This document shows positions 18,758 through 26,729 of a DNA stretch of 64,000 bases, one piece after another. Origin of the DNA: Gemmatimonadales bacterium (GTDB lineage: Bacteria > Gemmatimonadota > Gemmatimonadetes > Gemmatimonadales > GWC2-71-9); assembly GCA_036393515.1 (NCBI GenBank), contig DASWGV010000094.1:5527-69526 (forward strand). The letters are read 5' to 3'. Below the pieces are notes generated by a model, which was given only the letters and a program-made list of their open reading frames with translations, was not told the origin of the DNA and did not search any database. A program made the translations under genes and the position numbers. Position 1 is the stretch's first letter, and the number at the start of each line of letters is the position of its first letter.

Positions 18758-20287
18758 ATGGCGTACGCGCCCCCCGAGCAGTTCAACATCGCCGACTACT
18801 TTCTGGGCGACCGCATCCGCGAAGGCGCGGGCGGTCGCACGGCTGTGGTCACGGATCAGGGGCGCCTCACCTACGCCGAGATCGCGTCGCTGGCCAATCG
18901 GTTCGGCAACCTGCTGCGCGAGGCGGGGGTGGAGCCCGAGCAGCGCGTCGTCATCGCCCTGCCCGACGGTCCCGAGTTCGTCGCGGCCCTGTTCGGCGTG
19001 CTCAAAATCGGTGCCGTGGTGGTCATGGTCAACCCGTACGCCAAACCGGACGAGGTTGCATACTTCCTATTGTATACCAGGGCCAGCGCCGTGCTGACGC
19101 ACTCGGAGACGGGCGCCGTCTTTGCGGCCGCGGCGCGCACGGCTCCGGCCGTCAAGCGGGTTCTGGTGGTGGATACCCCGGAGTTCCAAAGTGCGCTTGA
19201 GGCGGTGAGCGAGCGACTCGTCACCTATCCTAGTCACCGGGACGACGCGGCGATCTGGCTTTTTTCCGGCGGTACCACCGGACGGCCCAAGGCCGTGGTG
19301 CAGACCCATAGGTCCTTCGCCAACACCACGGAATGCTACGCCAAGGGCGTCCTGAGCTATGGCCCCGGGGACGTCACGCTGTCCGTTCCCAAGCTGTTCT
19401 TCGGATATGCCACCGGATGCAACCTCCTGTTTCCTTTTTCGGTCGGGGCCACGGCGGTGCTCTTTTCGGAGCGGTGTACCCCTGAGGTCCTGTTCCGGCA
19501 GATCGCCCACCACCGGCCCACCATCCTGGTAAACGTGCCGACCATGGTGAATCAGATGGTGAGCCATCCGGACGCCGGGAGACAGGACCTTTCCTCGCTG
19601 CGGTTCGCCACGTCGGCGGGGGAGGCGTTGCCGGTGGAGCTGTACCAGCGGTGGAAGGCGACCTTCGGCGTCGACCTGCTGGACGGTCTGGGGACGGCCG
19701 AGATGTGGCACATTTTCATCTCCAACCGTCCGGGCGACGTACGCCCGGGAACCCTGGGTCGCGTGGTGGCGGGCTTCGAGGTGCGTGTCTGCGACGATCA
19801 AGGAAGCGAGGTGCCGCCGGGCGAGGTGGGTTGGCTGTGGGTGCGGGGCAACTCGCGGGCCATGGGCTATTGGCAGCAGATGGACAAGACGGCGGCCGCG
19901 TTTCGGGGGGAGTGGTATGTTTCCGGCGACATGATCAGCCGGGACGCCGAGGGCTACGTCACGTACGCGGGGCGCGGCGACGACATGCTCAAGGTCTCGG
20001 GGCGCTGGTTATCGCCGCAGGAGGTGGAGAACTGTTTGCTGCAACATCCCCAGGTGCGGGAGGTCGCGGTGGTCGGAGTGCAGGATTCAGCCGGGCTCAC
20101 ACTACCGCGCGCGTTCGTCGTGGCCAAGGGGAGTGGCAGTCAACTGGCCGAGGCACTCAAGGGGTTCGTGAAGGCGCGCCTGACCAGTTACAAGGCACCG
20201 CGTGACGTCGTGTTCATGGAAGCGTTGCCGAGAACGCATTTGGGGAAGGTGGATCGGGCCGCGTTGAGAAAGGCTGGGCGAGCATGA
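18758..20287 (+). CDS. benzoate/2-aminobenzoate-CoA ligase family (AMP-forming aryl-CoA ligase)
   Basis: AMP-binding motifs SGGTTGRPK, YGTAE-like GLGTAEM, GDMISRDAEGYVTYAGRGDDMLKVSG. ATG at 18758 (MAYAPPEQFNIADYFL) was chosen because the ORF-track start overlaps the divergent neighbour. Confidence 0.85.
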   Translation: MAYAPPEQFNIADYFLGDRIREGAGGRTAVVTDQGRLTYAEIASLANRFGNLLREAGVEPEQRVVIALPDGPEFVAALFGVLKIGAVVVMVNPYAKPDEVAYFLLYTRASAVLTHSETGAVFAAAARTAPAVKRVLVVDTPEFQSALEAVSERLVTYPSHRDDAAIWLFSGGTTGRPKAVVQTHRSFANTTECYAKGVLSYGPGDVTLSVPKLFFGYATGCNLLFPFSVGATAVLFSERCTPEVLFRQIAHHRPTILVNVPTMVNQMVSHPDAGRQDLSSLRFATSAGEALPVELYQRWKATFGVDLLDGLGTAEMWHIFISNRPGDVRPGTLGRVVAGFEVRVCDDQGSEVPPGEVGWLWVRGNSRAMGYWQQMDKTAAAFRGEWYVSGDMISRDAEGYVTYAGRGDDMLKVSGRWLSPQEVENCLLQHPQVREVAVVGVQDSAGLTLPRAFVVAKGSGSQLAEALKGFVKARLTSYKAPRDVVFMEALPRTHLGKVDRAALRKAGRA

Positions 20288-20784
20288 GTGTGCATCTGAC
20301 GACCGTCATTACCCGCGAGCTGCGGGCCCTCGCTCGGGAGATCCGCGCTTATCCGGATGACGAGTCCCTCTGGCAGCCCATTCCCGGGGCGGCCAACGCC
20401 GGGGGTACACTGGCGCTCCATCTGGCCGGCAACATCCAGCATTACGTCGGCGCCAGGCTCGGCGGCTCCGACTACGCGCGCGACCGGGCCGCGGAGTTCG
20501 CGCGCCGCGGAGTGTCGCGCCTCGAGCTCATGGCGGAGGTCGAGAAAGCGATCGCCGCTGTCGAGCACACGCTGCCCGCGATGCAGCCTCATGTCTGGGC
20601 GGCGGATTTCCCCGAGGTTGTGGGCGGGCGCATCATTCGGACGGACGAATTCGTGCTCCACCTCGCGACCCACCTGGCCTGGCACCTGGGCCAGATGGAC
20701 TATCACCGGCGCGCGGTGACCGGCGAGGCCGCCAAGATCGGGGCCGTGGCGGTGACGGAGCTGGGGACGGCGAGGCTGGCCTAA
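20284..20784 (+). CDS. DinB-family (four-helix, metal-binding) protein
   Basis: 166 aa with His-containing helices (LALHLAGNIQHYVG, HLATHLAWHLGQMDYH) typical of DinB/YfiT-like proteins. Confidence 0.6.
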   Translation: MSVHLTTVITRELRALAREIRAYPDDESLWQPIPGAANAGGTLALHLAGNIQHYVGARLGGSDYARDRAAEFARRGVSRLELMAEVEKAIAAVEHTLPAMQPHVWAADFPEVVGGRIIRTDEFVLHLATHLAWHLGQMDYHRRAVTGEAAKIGAVAVTELGTARLA

Positions 20785-20791
20785 CGGCCTC

Positions 20792-22561
20792 TTATCTGAA
20801 CCCAACCCTTGGTAACGCCGTGAACAATCCCCATGCGGCCGCCGCGCCAGCGGCCAGGCACACCAATCCGGGCATCATCCGTCCATAGATCACATACCCC
20901 GTCCCGAAGAGAGCCAGGTAGATCGCCGCCACGCCGAGGAACCAGCACAACAAGGCCGCCGTGATGCTGTCCTCTCCGTCCGAAGCGCGGACGGTCACGG
21001 CGGCGCGCCAGCCTCGACCATGCGGCCGGATGCGGTCGTAGAACGCCTGGAGCGTGGCGCGATCCGTGGGTGGAGTCAGGAACGTGACGACCAGCCATCC
21101 CGCGGTGGTGATTGCCACGCCCAGCACCAGCTGGGCGGACGGCGTGAGCGGGGACAGGTCGAGCACCGGCGCGTGCACGAACTGGAAGTACAGCGCAACG
21201 GTGAAGGAGATAGCCATGGCGGCGATCTCCGTCCATGCGTTGATCCGCCACCAGAACCATCGCAGCAGGAAAATGAGCCCGGTTCCGGCGCCCACCTGGA
21301 GCATGATCTGAAACGCCTGGAAGGCGTTCTCCAGCCACAGCGACAGGGCACCTGCAAGGATGATCAAGCCCACCGTCGTCACGCGGCCCACGGCGACATA
21401 GTGCCGCTCGTCGCGGTCCGGTGCCGCGAACCGGCGATACACGTCTTCCACCACGTACGACGCCCCCCAATTGAGATGGGTGGCGATGGTGGACATGTAC
21501 GCCGCGGCGAGGGATGCCACCATCAGTCCAAGGAGGCCGTGGGGGAGGAACACCAGCATGGCCGGGTAGCCCAGATCGTTCCGCACGATCGCGGGGTCAA
21601 TATGAGGGAACCGGAGCGCAATCGTCTCGAGGCTGGGGTAGATGACCAGGGACGCCAGCGCCACGATGATCCAGGGCCACGGGCGCAGGGCGTAGTGCAG
21701 CACGTTGAAGAGGAGCGTGGTGCGCATGGCATCCCGTTCGTTCCGCGCCGCCAGCATCCGCTGGGCCACGTACCCGCCCCCCCCCGGCTCAGCCCCCGGA
21801 TACCACGTGCTCCACCACTGGACCGCAAGCGGGATCACGAACACGGCGGCGGCCGTGTTCCAGTCGCTGAAGTCCGGCAGCAGGGAGAGCTTGTCCGCCA
21901 CGCCGGGATGCGCCATCAGGCCCGCGAGCCCGCCGACCTCTGGCAGGCGCAGCGCGACCACGGCCGCCGCGACCGAGCCCACCATGGCCAGGCCGAACTG
22001 CACGAAGTCCGTGAGCACCACCCCCCACAGCCCGGAGCTCGCCGCGTAGAGCACGGTGGCGGCGCTCCCCACGAGAACGGCGGTATGCCGGTCCCAGCCC
22101 AGCATCACCCCGGCGATCTTGGTGGCCGCGAGGTTGACCGACGCCATGATCATCAGGTTGAAGAACACGCCCAGGTACACCGCCCGAAAGCCGCGCAGAA
22201 ACGCTGCCGGGCGGCCGGAGTAGCGCAGCTCGTAGAAGGCGATGTCGGTGAGGGCCTCGGAGCGCCGCCACAGCTTGGCGTAGAAGAACACGGTGCACAG
22301 GCCCGTCACGGCGAAGGCCCACCACACCCAGTTCTGGCTCACCCCGCCGCTCCGGACCAGGTCTGTCACCAGGTTCGGCGTATCGGTGGAGAAGGTGGTG
22401 GCCACCAGCGAGACGCCCAGCAGCCACCAGGGGAGCTTCCGTCCGGACAGGAAGAACTCCTGCCGCCCGGCGCCGGCGCGGCGTGCCACCATGAGGCCCA
22501 CGGCGATGCTGAACGCGCCGTAGAGCGCGAGCACCGTCCAGTCGAGTGCGTTGAGTTCCAT
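20792..22561 (-). CDS. sodium:solute symporter (SSS) family transporter
   Basis: 589 aa polytopic protein. N-terminus FFLSGRKLPWWLLGVSLVATTFSTDT is typical of SSS. Confidence 0.85.
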   Translation of the reverse strand: MELNALDWTVLALYGAFSIAVGLMVARRAGAGRQEFFLSGRKLPWWLLGVSLVATTFSTDTPNLVTDLVRSGGVSQNWVWWAFAVTGLCTVFFYAKLWRRSEALTDIAFYELRYSGRPAAFLRGFRAVYLGVFFNLMIMASVNLAATKIAGVMLGWDRHTAVLVGSAATVLYAASSGLWGVVLTDFVQFGLAMVGSVAAAVVALRLPEVGGLAGLMAHPGVADKLSLLPDFSDWNTAAAVFVIPLAVQWWSTWYPGAEPGGGGYVAQRMLAARNERDAMRTTLLFNVLHYALRPWPWIIVALASLVIYPSLETIALRFPHIDPAIVRNDLGYPAMLVFLPHGLLGLMVASLAAAYMSTIATHLNWGASYVVEDVYRRFAAPDRDERHYVAVGRVTTVGLIILAGALSLWLENAFQAFQIMLQVGAGTGLIFLLRWFWWRINAWTEIAAMAISFTVALYFQFVHAPVLDLSPLTPSAQLVLGVAITTAGWLVVTFLTPPTDRATLQAFYDRIRPHGRGWRAAVTVRASDGEDSITAALLCWFLGVAAIYLALFGTGYVIYGRMMPGLVCLAAGAAAAWGLFTALPRVGFR

Positions 22562-22677
22562 GAATCGCTGCGGTTGGCCTGCCCGAAGCTGGCCGGAACT
22601 GAAGTGACGTCAAGGGTGTCTGGCGCCGGGCGCGCCCCACGGTGACCTTGGGCCCTGGGATCCCAAAGGGAGGACCC

Positions 22678-23487
22678 GTGACCGCCCGAAATGGTTTGAC
22701 CGCGCTGGCTTTGGCCGGCGCCGCAGCTGTTGCCTGCGCCGGTGGGGCGCCGGCCCCGGACCGCCTGGACCAACTGTTCGCCGGCGACCTGCGGGTGGTA
22801 GACCTCACCTATCCGGTGGCGGGGAACATCCCCTACTGGCCCAGCCCAACCGGCAGGCCGTTCAGCCACGACACGCTCGCGCGGCACGCCAGCGGGGCCC
22901 CGTCCATGGCCGCCTATCGGACATCAGAGCATTACGGCACACACCTCGATGCCCCGATTCACTTCGCCGATGGTCAGCCGTCGGTAGATCTCCTCACGGC
23001 CCAGGACCTGTTCGGTCCGGCGGTGGTGGTGGATGTTTCGGCAGAGGCTGCGGCCCACCCCGACTACGCGCTCACCCGCGAGGACCTCGCGGCGTGGGAA
23101 GCCGAATACGGGCCAATTCCCCAGCGGGCGATCGTGCTGCTCCGCACCGGATGGGGCGTCCGGTGGTCCGATTCAGTGGCCTATCGCAACGCGGATGCTC
23201 GTGGCGTCATGCATTTCCCCGGCTTTGGCGAGGACGCCGCGCGGTTTCTGGTCACCCAGCGAGATATTCGGGGCATTGGAATCGACAACTTGAGCGTGGA
23301 TCCTGGCGCGGCGGACGGGTTCCCAGCGCACCTGGTGGTCAATGGCGCCGGGCGGTTTCACCTGGAGAACGTGGCCAACCTCGACCAGCTCCCGCCAACC
23401 GGGGTCTACTTGCTGGTGGCCCCCATCAAGATCGCAGGTGGGTCCGGAGGGCAGGTGAGGCTGTTCGCGGTGTTAGCGGAGCCCTGA
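22678..23487 (+). CDS. cyclase-family protein (kynurenine-formamidase fold) with signal/lipoprotein-like N-terminus
   Basis: SEHYGTHLDAPIHF cyclase/arylformamidase motif. The GTG at 22678 is preceded by GGGAGGA. The N-terminus TALALAGAAAVACAG looks like an export signal. Confidence 0.7.
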   Translation: MTARNGLTALALAGAAAVACAGGAPAPDRLDQLFAGDLRVVDLTYPVAGNIPYWPSPTGRPFSHDTLARHASGAPSMAAYRTSEHYGTHLDAPIHFADGQPSVDLLTAQDLFGPAVVVDVSAEAAAHPDYALTREDLAAWEAEYGPIPQRAIVLLRTGWGVRWSDSVAYRNADARGVMHFPGFGEDAARFLVTQRDIRGIGIDNLSVDPGAADGFPAHLVVNGAGRFHLENVANLDQLPPTGVYLLVAPIKIAGGSGGQVRLFAVLAEP

Positions 23488-23565
23488 GTGTTCCGGCCCG
23501 TCCCGCTCTGACGGCAGGCGGTACGTGGGCCCTGGGTAGATCATCCGCGCTGCGTGGCGACATCC

Positions 23566-23763
23566 TCACCGCCCTGCTGACTCGGCCGACCCGGGGCGCC
23601 TGGCGGGGCGCTCAGCCCGGAGGCGCCCGGCCCTCATGACCGCCTCACGGAGCACGAACTGGATCTGACCGTTGACGCTCCGCAGTTCGTCGGCGGCCCA
23701 CCGCTCCAGGGCGTCGTAGACCTCGGGTTCGAGGCGGAGCGGAAAGGCCTTGCGCGGCGCCAC
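23566..23763 (-). CDS. ribbon-helix-helix (Arc/CopG-like) DNA-binding protein
   Basis: 65 aa. [38 protein letters not shown] matches the beta-strand/helix/helix RHH pattern. Confidence 0.55.
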   Translation of the reverse strand: MAPRKAFPLRLEPEVYDALERWAADELRSVNGQIQFVLREAVMRAGRLRAERPARRPGSAESAGR

Positions 23764-23774
23764 GGTCCGCCCGG

Positions 23775-24641
23775 CTAGTACAGCGAGCCCGCGTTCACCA
23801 CGGGTTGCGGGTTCCGGTCGGCGCAGAGCACCACCAGGAGGTTGCTCACCATGGCGGCCTTCCGCTCGGCGTCGAGCTCCACCACGTGCTTCCTGGCCAG
23901 ATGGTCCAGCGCCATCTCCACCATGCCCACCGCGCCCTCGACGATCTTCTGGCGCGCAGCGATGATGGCGCTGGCCTGCTGGCGCTGGAGCATGGCGCTG
24001 GCGATCTCCGGGGCGTAGGCCAGGTGGCTGATCCGGGCCTCGATCACCTCGACCCCCGCCTTGGCGAGCCGGTCCTGCACGTCCGCCTTCAGCTTCTCGG
24101 CAATCTCCATCATGTTGCGACTCAGAGACAGCTGGCCCTCCTCGAAGGCATCGTACGGATACGCGGTAACGGTCGTCCGCAGGGCGGACTCGCTCTGGAC
24201 GTGCACGTACTCGTTGTAGTCGTCCACCTCGAACATCGCTTCGGCCGTGTCTACCACCTTCCAGACCACCACGCTGGCCACCTCGATCGGATTCGAGTTC
24301 AGGTCGTTCACCTTGAGTTTGGTGGTTTCGAAGTTCCTGACCCGGACCGACACCTTAGCCTTGGTATAGAAGGGGTTGGCCCATTGCAGGCCGGGCGTGC
24401 GCACCGTCCCCGCGTATTTGCCGAACAGCTGAAGGACACGGGCTTCGTTGGGGTGCACCATGAAGAAGCCGGCCCACAGGATGCTCAGGATCACGCCGGC
24501 AAGGGCGGAGACGACGATCAGGGTGGTGTTCTGGCTACGTACCGTGCTGACCAGCCAGAAGCCGGTGCCTACCGACGTCACCAACAGCAGCAGGATGGCG
24601 ACGTAGCCGGACATGGGGTCGCGCTTGATTTCGCGGAACAT
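23775..24641 (-). CDS. SPFH/Band-7 (stomatin-prohibitin) domain membrane protein
   Basis: N-terminal TM segments followed by an SPFH core ([16 protein letters not shown]..., [20 protein letters not shown]) and a coiled-coil tail. Confidence 0.9.
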   Translation of the reverse strand: MFREIKRDPMSGYVAILLLLVTSVGTGFWLVSTVRSQNTTLIVVSALAGVILSILWAGFFMVHPNEARVLQLFGKYAGTVRTPGLQWANPFYTKAKVSVRVRNFETTKLKVNDLNSNPIEVASVVVWKVVDTAEAMFEVDDYNEYVHVQSESALRTTVTAYPYDAFEEGQLSLSRNMMEIAEKLKADVQDRLAKAGVEVIEARISHLAYAPEIASAMLQRQQASAIIAARQKIVEGAVGMVEMALDHLARKHVVELDAERKAAMVSNLLVVLCADRNPQPVVNAGSLY

Positions 24642-24659
24642 ATGGTGCTCATGGCAGAT

Positions 24660-24685
24660 GTATCACTATGATATCATGGTGATAC
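24660..24685. promoter_or_regulatory. 26-bp near-perfect palindrome (operator-like) upstream of the SPFH gene
   Basis: GTATCAC-TAT-GATATC-ATG-GTGATAC. 12 of 13 positions per half-site are symmetric. It lies 19 nt upstream of the SPFH ATG, in the most AT-rich stretch of the window. Confidence 0.4.
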
Positions 24686-24821
24686 CAATCGCGCAAGGGG
24701 ATTGCCTTGCAGGGTGGGGCCGGCCAGCGCCGGGGGCAAACGGAGGTGACCGGCCGACGGCACCGTCGCCGGTCCGAGCGCGATGGGCGGGGTGTGGTCG
24801 GGGGGGGCCCTGATTGAGAAC

Positions 24822-25046
24822 CTACGGCTTCTCGGTCGCCTGAGCGCCGAGCCTGACGCGCTGGCGAGCCTCTTGCTCCACCTGCCTGAGGGCGTAGCGC
24901 ATGGCCCGACCCAGGAGCGCCGGCGGGTGGCCCTGGAGAAACGGCTCCGGTGGATCGACGTAGAGCCAGAAGATCTCCATGCATTGCTCGTCGGTGAGAT
25001 CATCGATCCACTCGGTGTCAGGTTCTGGGCCAGGGCTCGACATCAT
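24822..25046 (-). CDS. hypothetical small acidic protein (74 aa)
   Basis: ATGATG at 25046 is preceded by GGAGATA. GC-rich third codon positions. It lies 38 nt downstream of the HTTM gene on the same strand. I recognise no family. Confidence 0.45.
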   Translation of the reverse strand: MMSSPGPEPDTEWIDDLTDEQCMEIFWLYVDPPEPFLQGHPPALLGRAMRYALRQVEQEARQRVRLGAQATEKP

Positions 25047-25083
25047 GTTGTATCTCCTTCGAGCGGTTCGGCGGACCGTGGCT

Positions 25084-26043
25084 TCACGCGGGAGCGCCTG
25101 TTGGTTTGCTGGCCGGCGATGCGATCCCAAGGCGTGTCGCGGTGAGCACCGTCCAACGATGGCGCACCCATTCCCAGTCGACGAAGAGCAGAATAAGCCA
25201 GGCCTCACCCACGTGGATGTTCATGGTCACCAGGATCCCGACGTGAAACGCAAGCGCCAACGGGACCAGCCAAACGCGTGCTCCGCGCCTGAGGAGCGCG
25301 AGAATGAAGCTCCATTCCAGCAGGACCGCACCAACGCCGATGGCCAGGCAGATGGCCGGGCGGTCGGCGAGCCACAGGCCCGGTAACCGAAAAACCGACA
25401 CGCGGTCGTCAAGGTTGAACAGCAGGAACCACCGCCGCATGTTGTCCGCCGAACTCCACGAGAGCCCCGTTTGCATCAGCTTCCCGTACGCGGCAAACAG
25501 GTAAATTTGGCAGACCAGCAGCTGAATCAGCCGAAGCGGCCACCCGTGTCCCCATGATGCCGTGGGTTGCGTCGAGAGTTGCGCGCGTCGTTCGCGCGTC
25601 ACGGCCAGCCGGTCGCCAGATCGGGAGCAGGCGAGGACGATCAGGGCGGCAGGCGCGAGTGTCAGTCCACGCGCGTAGGGTGATGCGGTCCAGATGATCG
25701 ATTCCAGTGGCGCCAGGTGGTACAGCAAGACCCCCGCGATGGCGCTCGATACCCGTGGGTAGATACCCAACAAGGTGCCAAAGAGCGCTCCGATGGCGCT
25801 CCACTGGAGCGTCTGCTCCAATGCCGGGTGACCTTCGAACAGGAGGTAGCGCCAGCGCAGGCTTTCCGGCACCCCCGTCCAGAAATCGGGAAGGCCAGCA
25901 ATGGCCGCGTAATCGCGAGACAGGAGGAACCAAAGAGCATGGGCGGCAACGATTACGCGGGCGGCGGCGAGGTTGAACGCATGCTCCGGCTCGAACCAGA
26001 ATCGATTCCAGGCCGCTGCCGCTCTTCGAGAGAGGTGGGTCAG
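25084..26043 (-). CDS. HTTM-domain (vitamin-K gamma-carboxylase-like / SdpB-like) polytopic membrane protein; no canonical start codon
   Basis: ORF 25084..25872 plus 73 upstream in-frame codons. Those codons encode the expected HTTM N-terminus (AAAWNRFWFEPEHAFNLAAARVIVAAHALWFLL) but contain no ATG, GTG or TTG. The 5' end is set at the CTG (26043) that overlaps the upstream TGA. Confidence 0.7.
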   Translation of the reverse strand: MTHLSRRAAAAWNRFWFEPEHAFNLAAARVIVAAHALWFLLSRDYAAIAGLPDFWTGVPESLRWRYLLFEGHPALEQTLQWSAIGALFGTLLGIYPRVSSAIAGVLLYHLAPLESIIWTASPYARGLTLAPAALIVLACSRSGDRLAVTRERRAQLSTQPTASWGHGWPLRLIQLLVCQIYLFAAYGKLMQTGLSWSSADNMRRWFLLFNLDDRVSVFRLPGLWLADRPAICLAIGVGAVLLEWSFILALLRRGARVWLVPLALAFHVGILVTMNIHVGEAWLILLFVDWEWVRHRWTVLTATRLGIASPASKPTGAPA

Positions 26044-26693
26044 GGGTCTCCCGGGAACTCGAATACTCGGACGAGTTGGATCGAGTGGGGATTACGGCGT
26101 CGAGCCTCGACGTTGTAGTACTCCCGGTACAATCGGATCCGGACGAACGGCTCCGGCGGTAGGTCGGCGGTTCCTGACCAGATTGTCGGGTGCAGGGTGT
26201 GAGAGGGGGCCACCAACGGACCCAGGAAGCGGTGGAAGTACCCGGGTGGTCGGCCCGCTTGCACCGCCGACCAGCCCTGGTTCGCGCGGCTGAGCAGAAA
26301 CGCCCCGACGCGGACGCGTTCACCCGCGGCCAGCGTGGGCAGGACGCGATGCCACCATGTGCCGAGCTCCTCGATGTTCAGCGGTTGCCACACACGGTAG
26401 TCGACGGGGTACTCGATGCCTCGGGTGTCCACCGCGGCGACGCGGATGCGCGCGGGCTTTGGGCTGTCTCCGATATCGCGGGGGGCGGTCCCGACCATGA
26501 GTGCCCAGGAGGAGAATGGCCACATGTCGCGTCCCGTGAGAGCGGCGCCAAACGTCGCGGCCACGACGTACAAGATCAGCAGGTTCACCCGACGCCGTTG
26601 CTTCGGGTGTCCGTTCGTCCGCTGTCCCCAAACAACGACAATGCCGCATAGGAGGAAGCCGGCGAAGCACAATCCACTGAAGAGGTTCAACAT
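26040..26693 (-). CDS. N-terminally anchored membrane protein (SdpA-position partner of the HTTM protein)
   Basis: 217 aa with two N-terminal hydrophobic segments and then a soluble domain. Coding-like codon usage. Its stop overlaps the putative HTTM start. Family not recognised with confidence. Confidence 0.55.
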   Translation of the reverse strand: MLNLFSGLCFAGFLLCGIVVVWGQRTNGHPKQRRRVNLLILYVVAATFGAALTGRDMWPFSSWALMVGTAPRDIGDSPKPARIRVAAVDTRGIEYPVDYRVWQPLNIEELGTWWHRVLPTLAAGERVRVGAFLLSRANQGWSAVQAGRPPGYFHRFLGPLVAPSHTLHPTIWSGTADLPPEPFVRIRLYREYYNVEARRRNPHSIQLVRVFEFPGDP

Positions 26694-26729
26694 GTTGCGC
26701 CTAAGCAGGCTCTCCGAAAGGGTTGGGTG

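Noticed and set aside
21020-22645. 541-aa plus-strand ORF antisense to the sodium:solute symporter gene
   Set aside because: The composition is Arg/Gly/His/Pro-biased with no motifs. The minus-strand product is a coherent polytopic SSS transporter.
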